Assembly (NCBI GenBank): GCA_038064015.1 | Contig: JBBTUB010000015.1 | Coordinates: forward strand, 7,093-71,092 | From: Patescibacteria group bacterium | GTDB lineage: Bacteria > Patescibacteriota > Minisyncoccia > 2-02-FULL-40-12 > IGHO2-01-FULL-4-A | Reading direction: 5' to 3' | Length of the DNA stretch: 64,000 bases | In this document: in pieces, positions 55,894 to 64,000 of the stretch | Position numbering within the stretch: position 1 is the stretch's first letter | How the letters are laid out: the number at the start of each line of letters is the position of its first letter | The notes under the pieces: generated by a model | Told to the model about the DNA's origin: nothing | Databases searched by the model: none | Seen by the model: the letters and a program-made list of their open reading frames with translations, nothing else | Position numbers and translations under genes: made by a program

Positions 55894-57873
55894 ATGAGAA
55901 AAATACTCGTGTTCGCGATTGCGCTATTGTTCGTGGTGATCTTGTCGACGCCTAAAGTTGCAGAAGCGGCCGATCTGTTTTCAGATGGATTTGAAAGTGA
56001 TGATTTTACAAATTGGACCAGTGCCGGATCAAAGTGGTCTGTCATCAACGGCGCCTCCGGAGCTCATAGTGGAACCAAACGTGCAGAAGTTAAGGGTGGC
56101 GGTGCTACCAACGACTCACTCCTTAAACAAATTTCGACGACGGGTAATCAAAATATCTCACTTTCTTATTGGTATAAGATTAACAGTGCACTCGAGAGCA
56201 GTGACCATGTAGTTGCAGAATGGAGTGTTGATGGTTCTTCTTGGACTACTTTGGCCGATTATGCTGGCCTTGCCGCAGGAGCATGGACTCAGGAAACTTT
56301 TAATTTGCCTTCGTCAGCAGATGATAGTACTAACTTTCAATTTAGATTTCGAGCAACTCTCAATGCTGGGAACGATGAATTTGAGCTCGATGACGTTGAG
56401 CTTATTGGAAGTTTCATTCCTACGCCAACACCCACCGCTACTCCCACCCCAACCCTGACACCTTCTGATACCCCAACTCCGACTCCTACGCCGACAGCAA
56501 CTCCTACTCCCAGTGCTACTCCTTCGGCTACCCCAACTCCCACGACAACTCCTACCCCCTATATCCAAATCGATACAATTAATGGCTCCTCTGGTCCTTT
56601 TACCTGCGAAGAAGGGAGTCCATTCCCTAACCTGGTTGAAATCACCGGATCAGGTTTGGGTAAGATCCCTCCCGGTCAAGTTGATCAATATTATATACAA
56701 ATAACTTGGGGAGATTCCACGATTGATGATGCTGTCTCCGCAAGTTTTTCCACGGCTGATAACGATGGATACTTTACCTTTAACTTTGAGGCATCGCATT
56801 CGTATACTACTGACGGTTCAGTAGCAATTTCGCCCCGTTTGTATCACAGCACTCCTCCTGGCAACGATGGAGCAGGTTCCACCGCTTCTTCGAGTTCAAC
56901 CGTGTGCGTTGAAGGCCAGCCATCGCCAAGTCCCACGCCAACCGCATCTCCGACTCCAGTACCTTCGACGGACGTTATCGTGACGAAAGCTACGGGCGGG
57001 GAAGCAATTCCTGATACGACCGTGGGGGGAGCATTCACCCAGCTAACCGGGCCGACAATAACCGAGCAGGATGCAGGGCAGATTGGTAGTGGAAGCTTCA
57101 TGCTGAATATTCCCAGCGGCTTTATCTTTGATGACAGTGCTATCGTCACCGCAAGCATCAGTAATTACGGAAATTGTAATGGAGAAGGCAATGCCATGCT
57201 TCAGGTTGGAAATCCAGCAGTGACGAGCACGACCATCACGATTGATGTCCAACAGTCTTCACGAAATAATTGCTATGGTGGCATAACCTTTGCGGGAATT
57301 GGGGTGCAGCCTACCGCAGTTGCGTCGGTGTCAGGAGATATCATGGCAAGCGGGACTTCAGTAATCTCTGGGGTTACTGCTTCCACGAGTTTCGGTACCT
57401 TAACTGAAACGCTCTCGGCGACTCCTACCCCAACCCCGACTCCCACGCCCGAAAGCGGAGGAGGTGGCGGAGGCGGGAGCTTCAATACTCCTACTCCGAC
57501 GCCGACTCCGTCAGCTTCACCCACGCCAACCGCTACGCCGACACCGAGCGGTGAAGTTCTGGGAGCGACTGCTACCCCAACCCCCAGACCGCAGGTAGTG
57601 ATCCCAGGCACACAAAGAATCCCAACTCCGACTCCTACGCCTACCCCAGCACCTTCGGTTACCCCGACCCCGCCAACCGGCGCGGTGCTTGGCGAGACAT
57701 TTCCCTCGGCTGGCTTTTGCTCGGCGACTCGAGACAAAGTCATGCTTGTTATAGCTCTTCTCTTGATCCCCCTCTCGATTATCGTTCGCCTTGGAATGAA
57801 CAATACGCAGTGGTTCGCTATCCTCCTGATTATTGGTCTGATCCTCCTTGGAATTACGCTTTTTGTGTGCTAA
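55894..57873 (+). CDS. surface protein: N-terminal jelly-roll (ConA/LamG-like) domain, PT-rich linkers, C-terminal TM anchor
   Basis: Signal peptide. [16 protein letters not shown]...[10 protein letters not shown] domain. (TPTP)n linkers at aa ~180-215 and ~520-580. C-terminal hydrophobic helices. Confidence 0.5.
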   Translation: MRKILVFAIALLFVVILSTPKVAEAADLFSDGFESDDFTNWTSAGSKWSVINGASGAHSGTKRAEVKGGGATNDSLLKQISTTGNQNISLSYWYKINSALESSDHVVAEWSVDGSSWTTLADYAGLAAGAWTQETFNLPSSADDSTNFQFRFRATLNAGNDEFELDDVELIGSFIPTPTPTATPTPTLTPSDTPTPTPTPTATPTPSATPSATPTPTTTPTPYIQIDTINGSSGPFTCEEGSPFPNLVEITGSGLGKIPPGQVDQYYIQITWGDSTIDDAVSASFSTADNDGYFTFNFEASHSYTTDGSVAISPRLYHSTPPGNDGAGSTASSSSTVCVEGQPSPSPTPTASPTPVPSTDVIVTKATGGEAIPDTTVGGAFTQLTGPTITEQDAGQIGSGSFMLNIPSGFIFDDSAIVTASISNYGNCNGEGNAMLQVGNPAVTSTTITIDVQQSSRNNCYGGITFAGIGVQPTAVASVSGDIMASGTSVISGVTASTSFGTLTETLSATPTPTPTPTPESGGGGGGGSFNTPTPTPTPSASPTPTATPTPSGEVLGATATPTPRPQVVIPGTQRIPTPTPTPTPAPSVTPTPPTGAVLGETFPSAGFCSATRDKVMLVIALLLIPLSIIVRLGMNNTQWFAILLIIGLILLGITLFVC

Positions 57874-57882
57874 GCTAGGGGC

Positions 57883-58515
57883 ATGAACATTAGCTGGTAC
57901 GGACAAGCTTGTTTTCGGCTTGAGAGCAAAGATCTTCGCGTTCTCATTGACCCGTTTTCCAAAAAAATCGGCCTTCGGGAGCCTCGCATCAACGATACGA
58001 TCGTACTCGTGACGCATGAGCACGACGATCATAACAATACCGAGAACGCCGGAGAAGCGTTTGTCGTGCGCGGGCCGGGTGAGTATGAAAAATCAGGCGT
58101 CCAGATCGTCGGCATCTCTTCATTTCACGATGATACGCAAGGCAGTGAGCGCGGACTCAATACGATCTATGTGGTGAAATTTGAAGACATCACGCTGTGT
58201 CATCTTGGCGACCTCGGGCAGCGAGAGTTGACTGCCGAGCAAGTTGAAATGATCGGGAATGTCGATATTTTGTTGGTGCCCGTCGGTGGCGTCTATACGA
58301 TTGACGGCAAGCAAGCCGCAGGCATCATCAAGCAAATCGAGCCGAAGATTATTATTCCGATGCACTACAAAGTCTCAGGGCTTACGATTGACCTGGAGCC
58401 TGCGACGGCGTTTTTAAAAGAGATCGGCATCAAGCCTGAGGAAGTCGAGACCTACCGGATCAACGCCAAGTCGCTACCACAAGAAGAGATGAAGCTCGTG
58501 ATGTTTAAACTATGA
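57883..58515 (+). CDS. MBL-fold metallo-hydrolase
   Basis: MNISWYGQACFRLE... and metal-binding motif VTHEHDDH (HxHxDH). Confidence 0.75.
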   Translation: MNISWYGQACFRLESKDLRVLIDPFSKKIGLREPRINDTIVLVTHEHDDHNNTENAGEAFVVRGPGEYEKSGVQIVGISSFHDDTQGSERGLNTIYVVKFEDITLCHLGDLGQRELTAEQVEMIGNVDILLVPVGGVYTIDGKQAAGIIKQIEPKIIIPMHYKVSGLTIDLEPATAFLKEIGIKPEEVETYRINAKSLPQEEMKLVMFKL

Positions 58516-58832
58516 AACTTCTTGATGAAATTCGCCAGCAGCCGCACCACATCCGTAAGATTTTTATGTGGTCCATGGTCGCGATAAGTTTTTCGATCGT
58601 CGGGCTTACCTACGTCAATTCCACCAAGAAGCAAATCGTCGCCTTGATGAATCCTCAAGACGCTTCGACCACGGGGGAACCGGCAATTCCTGAGCGCTCT
58701 CCGTTCGCCCTGATCGGCGATGCATTCTCAAGCTTGCGGGCTAATATTTCAGAATTGATCGGTCGCAACACGCAAGAGCCTATCACTTCTCAAGCAACCC
58801 CGACTCCCGTACCGGCTCAAAAACTTCCCTAA
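58512..58832 (+). CDS. small hypothetical membrane protein
   Basis: 106 aa with one TM helix ([19 protein letters not shown]). Translationally coupled between MBL hydrolase and gyrA. Confidence 0.35.
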   Translation: MKLLDEIRQQPHHIRKIFMWSMVAISFSIVGLTYVNSTKKQIVALMNPQDASTTGEPAIPERSPFALIGDAFSSLRANISELIGRNTQEPITSQATPTPVPAQKLP

Positions 58833-58834
58833 CC

Positions 58835-61261
58835 ATGGCAATTCTCAACGGCACCATCAAGCCTCGCGAAATCGTCACTGAAATGCAAGACTCGTATTTG
58901 GATTACGCGATGAGCGTGATCGTCGCGCGCGCCCTGCCGGATGTTCGCGATGGATTTAAGCCGGTGCATCGCCGGATTCTCTATGCCATGCACGAGATGG
59001 GCCTGCGGCCCGGCGCCAAGTATCAAAAATCCGCCAAGGTGGTCGGGTATGTGCTGGGACAATTTCATCCGCATGGCGACACCGCCGCCTATGACTCGAT
59101 GGTGCGCATGGCGCAGGAATTTTCGCTGCGCTATCCGCTCGTGGACGGGCAGGGGAACTTTGGCTCGATCGACGGAGACGGCGCTGCCGCGTACCGATAT
59201 ACCGAGGCGCGCCTGGCGCCGATCGCCGAGCTCATGCTTCAGGATATCGAGAAAGAAACGGTGGACTTCGTGGATAACTTTGACGGCAGTACTAAGGAAC
59301 CCACAGTGCTCCCCAGCCGCATTCCCAACTTACTACTCAATGGTTCCATGGGCATCGCGGTCGGCATGACGACCAATATCCCGCCGCACAACCTTACCGA
59401 AGTGCTCAACGCACTCATGCATTTGATCGAAAAACCAAGCGCTTCCGTAGAGGACATCATGCAATTTATCAAAGGCCCGGATTTTCCGACGGGAGGCTCT
59501 ATTTACAGTGAAAAAGATATCCTCACGGCCTACGCGACGGGCAAAGGCCCGATCGTGATGCGTGGCAAAGCCGATATCATTGAGTCCGAGAAGCGAGGCT
59601 TTCAGATCATCATTTCCGAGATTCCCTATCAGGTGAACAAGGCCGAGCTGATTATCCATATCGCCGAGCTGGTGCGGGATAAAAAGCTCCTCGGCATCAA
59701 AGATGTTCGCGATGAGTCGGACCGAGAAGGCCTTCGCGTCGCCATTGACCTGAAGCAAGATGCATTTCCGCGCAAGGTGCTCAACCAGCTCTACAAATAC
59801 ACCGAGCTCCAAAAGTCATTTCACGTCAACATGATCGGCCTGGTTGATGGGATCCAGCCGCAAATTTTGGGCCTCAAGACGATGCTCGAGCAGTTCATCG
59901 CGCACCGGCAAGTCGTGGTCACGCGGCGCTCGCAGTACGATTTGCGCAAAGCCAAAGAGCGCGCGCATATCCTGGAGGGACTTTCCAAAGCGCTCGACCA
60001 CATTGACGAGATTATCAAGATCATCAAGAAATCCGAGTCTCGCGAGGATGCGGCGGCAAACCTTATTAAGCGATTCAAGTTTTCCGATCGGCAAACCGTT
60101 GCGATCTTGGACATGCGGCTCCAGACGCTCGCGGGGCTGGAGCGCAAGAAGATCGAAGACGAGCTCAAAGAGAAAAAAGAACTGATCGCGTTTCTTGAAG
60201 ATCTCCTCGCTCATCCAAAGAAAATCCTTGCGGTTATCAAGAAAGAATTTGAGGAGGTCAGGGAAAAATACGGCGATGAGCGTCGCACGCAAGTAGTCAA
60301 AACGGCCGTCCGTGAGATCGGCGATGAAGAGCTGATCCCGGAAGAGGAGTCACTTTTCATGATCACCTATGGCGGCTACATCAAGCGCATGCCACCTGCC
60401 ACGCTCAAAGCCCAGAAGCGCGGCGGCAAGGGCCTCATCGGCATGGCGACCAAGGAAGAAGATGCCGTGCTGCATTTCTTTATCGCCAACACGCATGACG
60501 ACATCATGTTTTTCACCAACTCCGGCAAAGTATTTCAGACCAAGGGCTACGAAGTGCCTGAGTCCGCCCGACAAGCCAAGGGCAAGGCGCTCGTCAATTT
60601 TTTGCAAATCTCTCCGAGTGACCGTATTACGGGCATTATTCCGCTTTCCAAGGATAAAAAATCAGCGGCGAAATATCTTTTCATGACAACGGCCAACGGC
60701 GTTATCAAAAAAGTCGAGACGACCGAATTCACCCAGATCCGGCGCAATGGCATGGCGGCAATCAAGCTCCATGGCGATGATGAGCTCAAATGGGTGAAGT
60801 CCACATCCGGTTCCGATGAAATTATTTTGACGACCTCCGACGGCTCGGCGGTACGCTTCAAAGAAAAGGACGTCCGTCCCATGGGACGGGGCGCGGCCGG
60901 CGTGATCGGGATCCGCCTGGATAAGGGCGCCAAAGTCGTCGGCGCGGATGTTGTCACGGGGACGCACCTTCTCGCGGTCATGGCCAATGGCTACGGTAAA
61001 CGCACCAAGCTCACCGAATACAAAGTGCAGAAGCGCGGCGGAAAGGGAATTCTGACCGCCAAGATCACGAGCAAGACCGGCGAATTGGTTTCTGCCTATG
61101 TGGTCAATGAAGAGGACGAAGAAATTATCGCTGTGTCTCAAAAAGGCGTGGTCATCCGCACCGCGCTCAATACGATTTCAATCCTCGGCCGCGCCACGCA
61201 AGGCGTGCGCATCATGAAAATGGAAGCTGGGGATAAGGTTGCCTCGGTAGTAGTGGTATAA
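58835..61261 (+). CDS. gyrA: DNA gyrase subunit A
   Basis: ...[29 protein letters not shown]... Active-site Tyr region ([11 protein letters not shown]). GyrA-box-containing C-terminal beta-pinwheel. No gyrB adjacent in the window. Confidence 0.9.
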   Translation: MAILNGTIKPREIVTEMQDSYLDYAMSVIVARALPDVRDGFKPVHRRILYAMHEMGLRPGAKYQKSAKVVGYVLGQFHPHGDTAAYDSMVRMAQEFSLRYPLVDGQGNFGSIDGDGAAAYRYTEARLAPIAELMLQDIEKETVDFVDNFDGSTKEPTVLPSRIPNLLLNGSMGIAVGMTTNIPPHNLTEVLNALMHLIEKPSASVEDIMQFIKGPDFPTGGSIYSEKDILTAYATGKGPIVMRGKADIIESEKRGFQIIISEIPYQVNKAELIIHIAELVRDKKLLGIKDVRDESDREGLRVAIDLKQDAFPRKVLNQLYKYTELQKSFHVNMIGLVDGIQPQILGLKTMLEQFIAHRQVVVTRRSQYDLRKAKERAHILEGLSKALDHIDEIIKIIKKSESREDAAANLIKRFKFSDRQTVAILDMRLQTLAGLERKKIEDELKEKKELIAFLEDLLAHPKKILAVIKKEFEEVREKYGDERRTQVVKTAVREIGDEELIPEEESLFMITYGGYIKRMPPATLKAQKRGGKGLIGMATKEEDAVLHFFIANTHDDIMFFTNSGKVFQTKGYEVPESARQAKGKALVNFLQISPSDRITGIIPLSKDKKSAAKYLFMTTANGVIKKVETTEFTQIRRNGMAAIKLHGDDELKWVKSTSGSDEIILTTSDGSAVRFKEKDVRPMGRGAAGVIGIRLDKGAKVVGADVVTGTHLLAVMANGYGKRTKLTEYKVQKRGGKGILTAKITSKTGELVSAYVVNEEDEEIIAVSQKGVVIRTALNTISILGRATQGVRIMKMEAGDKVASVVVV

Positions 61262-61268
61262 TACGATT

Positions 61269-61772
61269 GTGGCAGAAACTGGATTTTTTAATCCGCAGGA
61301 ACTCCAACAACTCATCGGTATCCAAGAAGGCATGAAGGTTGCCGATTTTGGCTCGGGCTCGGGAGAAGTCGCGGTGATGATCGCACGGATCGTCGGCGCC
61401 GATGGAGTGGTAACGGCGATCGATGTGCTTCCCAGCGCTTTGGAGTCGCTTGCCGCGCGAGCTGCGCACGAGAACTTGCAAAATATCCAAGCCGTGCGAG
61501 CTGATCTTGAAGTTCCAGGGAGCTCGCGGCTCCCCGATGCTTCGCAAGATGTCGTATACCTCGGCAATATTCTCTGGCAGTCGCCAAAAAAGTCAGAAAT
61601 TCTTGCGGAAGCCGTCCGCGTACTAAAATCCGGCGGCGTGCTTGCGGTCGTCGAGTGGCGTGATCGCATTCCCCAGCAAGAACTCAAAGAACTATTGGCT
61701 GCGACCGGATTGCAAGAAATCATCGACTTTCCGGCAGGGACATATCACTACGGCATGAAGGGGAAAAAATAA
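61269..61772 (+). CDS. class I SAM-dependent methyltransferase
   Basis: Motif I VADFGSGSGEVAVMIA. Post-I acidic residue (AIDV). Confidence 0.7.
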   Translation: MAETGFFNPQELQQLIGIQEGMKVADFGSGSGEVAVMIARIVGADGVVTAIDVLPSALESLAARAAHENLQNIQAVRADLEVPGSSRLPDASQDVVYLGNILWQSPKKSEILAEAVRVLKSGGVLAVVEWRDRIPQQELKELLAATGLQEIIDFPAGTYHYGMKGKK

Positions 61773-61773
61773 C

Positions 61774-63090
61774 ATGGATCGGCGCAAACTTATCTACATC
61801 ATCGGGGGAGTGCTCGGAGGAATCCTACTCCTCGTACTTTTTTTTGTGCTGGTGGGTGGTGATGCGCCGAAGGCTCAAAAAGCCAATCTTGCCATGTGGG
61901 GGCCGTTTGATGAGCCGAGCTACTACGCTCAGGTTATCCGCGACTACCGAAAAGTAAATCCCAATATAAGTGTCACCTACACTCAGATTCCCGCCCAGGA
62001 CTATGAACAGCGCCTTATTAGCGCGTTTGCTGCCGGCAACGGCCCTGACATCTGGTTGATGCACAATACTTGGCTGCCCAAGCATCAGGATAAGATCCAG
62101 CCGTTGCCTACCAAAATTAAGGGTGTGAAAGAGCCACTATTTACTTTCAAGAATTTTCAAGATCAATTTGTTGATGTTGCAGTGGCAGATCTCACGAGAG
62201 GGGAAACTATATACGCCCTGCCGCTCTATATTGATACCTTGGCCCTTTACTACAACAAAGATCTTTTTAATACCGCGGGAATTGCTACGCCACCTCGGAC
62301 GTGGGAAGACTTTGTTCGAAATGTTCCCCTCCTGACCTCACGTGATACTGCTGACAATATTGTCCGGTCCGCCGCGGCGATCGGGACCTCCAAAAACATC
62401 AATCGCTCTACCGATATACTCATGCTCCTCATGCTCCAAAGCGGAGTACGTATGACCGATAAAGATAATGCCGGAGCAACTTTTGCAAAACAGGTGGACG
62501 GGCTTAATGTAGGAGAGTTGGCAGTGCAATTTTATACTGACTTTGCCAATCTATCCAAGCCTGACCGCTACACCTGGAACGATCGGCAAAAGTACTCGAT
62601 CGATGCGTTTGCCGATGGGAATACCGCGATGATGCTCAACTACTCTCATCACATCCAAACGCTGCGAGCCAAAGCGCCCCGATTAAATTTTGGCATTGCC
62701 CCGGTCCCTCAGCCCGAGAAAGCGACTATTGGGGTTAATTTTGCCAATTACTGGGCGCCTACGGTAGCAAAGCAGTCAAATTATGGTCTCGAAGCGTGGC
62801 AGTTTCTTATCTATTTGTCGGGTACCGACGGAGCTATTTCCTATCTCGATGCTTCTCTTCGTCCCACGGCTCGGCGCGACTTGATCGAGCGACAAAAAAA
62901 TGACGCAGATCTTGGCACGTTTGCTCACCAAGCGCTCACGGCGCGATCGTGGTACCAAGTGGACAATGTCTCGATTGAGACGCTTTTTGCCAAGCTGATC
63001 GATGATGTGAATTTCAATCGGGCCACGATCCGAGACGCGCTCAAGGAAGCGGAGTCACAAGTGAGTGTCATCATGAGTAAATCGCCATGA
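61774..63090 (+). CDS. extracellular solute-binding protein (ABC transporter substrate-binding, family 1-like), TM-anchored
   Basis: N-terminal TM. ...LAMWGPFDEPSYYAQVIRDYRKVNPNISVTY... typical sugar-type SBP N-terminus. Confidence 0.65.
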   Translation: MDRRKLIYIIGGVLGGILLLVLFFVLVGGDAPKAQKANLAMWGPFDEPSYYAQVIRDYRKVNPNISVTYTQIPAQDYEQRLISAFAAGNGPDIWLMHNTWLPKHQDKIQPLPTKIKGVKEPLFTFKNFQDQFVDVAVADLTRGETIYALPLYIDTLALYYNKDLFNTAGIATPPRTWEDFVRNVPLLTSRDTADNIVRSAAAIGTSKNINRSTDILMLLMLQSGVRMTDKDNAGATFAKQVDGLNVGELAVQFYTDFANLSKPDRYTWNDRQKYSIDAFADGNTAMMLNYSHHIQTLRAKAPRLNFGIAPVPQPEKATIGVNFANYWAPTVAKQSNYGLEAWQFLIYLSGTDGAISYLDASLRPTARRDLIERQKNDADLGTFAHQALTARSWYQVDNVSIETLFAKLIDDVNFNRATIRDALKEAESQVSVIMSKSP

Positions 63091-63983
63091 AAAGCATAGG
63101 TACTAAAATTTTCCTTGTTTTTTTTCTCGGGCTTTTGTTTTTTAGCATGGCAGTGCCGGCACAAGCGGCACTGGTAACCTGCGGACTCAAGTCGCAGGAT
63201 GTCAAAGAAACATCCGAGATCGAAGGAGCCTGTACCATCTGCGACATACTGAAGCTTCTCAAAAACATCGTCGATTATATTTCATTTACGCTGGTACCGA
63301 TTTTTGCCGGAGTGATGATTCTCGTGTCTGGCTTGATCATAGTTCTTGGCGGTGCAAAGCCCGAGATGGTCACGCAAGGGAGATCCATGCTTACCAACAC
63401 GCTCATTGGTGTTGCGATTATTTATAGTTCGTATATGATCACGAACTTCATCATCAAATCCGTGGCCGGTGAGAGCGATGTGGCCACGAGTTGGTTTAAG
63501 CTTGATTGCCAAGTTCCTGTTCCTGCTCCTAGTTCGACGCCGTTGCCGGGCCTTGGCGAGCTTTGCAATGATTTACCCAAGCTTGCTCAAGCGAACCGCG
63601 CCCGGTATCCGAAGGGGAATGCTCCAGAGCTCAACACGCTGATCAGTTGTATAAAAGATAAGCTCCCAGGGAAAGATTTTGGAAGTCAGGCAACCTATGA
63701 CTCCAATGAGATATGCAATTACCTTCGCGGAGATGAGCGTTTTTGCGGGACAACCTGCAACCATCGACGAAGCTCATGCCATTATGGCGGGACGACGGGA
63801 AGAGATGGCGCACTTGCGGTGGATTTTGGGAACGAGAAAATTGGAGATGAGATTATCGCCGCGGCCAAAGCGTGTGGTGCGAAAAGCGCCCGGTGTGAAA
63901 CGCCAACCGGTGATTCTGCAGCATGCTCCGCAGTGGGTGTGAATCATATCCACATCAGTGCCGCGAGTTGCGACACGAATTAA
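63087..63983 (+). CDS. hypothetical secreted/membrane protein with signal peptide + two-helix hairpin (VirB2/TrbC-pilin-like topology) and Cys-rich C-terminal domain
   Basis: Signal peptide ...AVPAQA. CxxxC (CTICD). Two hydrophobic helices separated by a short loop. C-terminal domain with multiple Cys. Confidence 0.4.
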   Translation: MKSIGTKIFLVFFLGLLFFSMAVPAQAALVTCGLKSQDVKETSEIEGACTICDILKLLKNIVDYISFTLVPIFAGVMILVSGLIIVLGGAKPEMVTQGRSMLTNTLIGVAIIYSSYMITNFIIKSVAGESDVATSWFKLDCQVPVPAPSSTPLPGLGELCNDLPKLAQANRARYPKGNAPELNTLISCIKDKLPGKDFGSQATYDSNEICNYLRGDERFCGTTCNHRRSSCHYGGTTGRDGALAVDFGNEKIGDEIIAAAKACGAKSARCETPTGDSAACSAVGVNHIHISAASCDTN

Positions 63984-64000
63984 TAATTATTGTATACTTA

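Noticed and set aside
56337-57803. Antisense Gly/Val-rich ORFs (56337-56543, 57273-57803) and nucleotide tandem repeats, considered as possible CRISPR or repeat array
   Set aside because: The repeats are imperfect codon-level (ACNCCN)n tracts encoding PT linkers inside the 55894-57873 CDS. They have no spacer/repeat periodicity and no cas genes.

Overview
This 64 kb window reads as a contiguous chromosomal segment of a small-genome bacterium using the standard code (UGA is a stop codon in dnaA and rpmH). It is about 50% GC, and I saw no rRNA genes or CRISPR arrays. It contains the replication-origin neighbourhood: rpmH, rnpA, yidD, yidC and jag lie on the minus strand, diverging from dnaA and dnaN on the plus strand, and the dnaA-dnaN spacer is AT-rich with DnaA boxes. 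Around this sit housekeeping genes. These include split transketolase subunits, a UvrD/PcrA helicase, rsmA, a class A PBP, tyrS, ruvC, yebC, ruvB, nusA, trigger factor, a cysteine desulfurase, ftsH, an S1 protein, rplS, rluA-type synthase, gyrA, a family-4 UDG and two NUDIX genes. There are eleven tRNA genes and one tRNA 3'-end remnant. The accessory content is dominated by envelope and secretion functions. The most notable is a T4SS-like cluster at about 10.5-19.8 kb: secreted proteins, a TrbL/VirB6-like polytopic protein, a VirB3-like 2-TM protein and a VirB4 ATPase split into two ORFs. No coupling protein or relaxase is visible in the window. Other accessory features are a GspE/PilB ATPase plus a secreted protein with tandem pilin-like domains, a sortase next to a 1036-aa DUF11-repeat surface protein, a collagen-like protein, and PT-rich surface proteins. 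There is also a GC-rich, probably foreign, gene next to tRNA-Arg, a free-standing double-motif LAGLIDADG homing endonuclease in a tRNA-dense stretch, and a tRNA with anticodon UAU. Several core proteins are domain-reduced (YebC, trigger factor, cysteine desulfurase, UvrD, YidC). Together with the secretion and pilus content, this is consistent with a CPR/Patescibacteria-type episymbiont, but that is an inference. All calls rest on reading the translated ORFs and sequence motifs; no database search was run.
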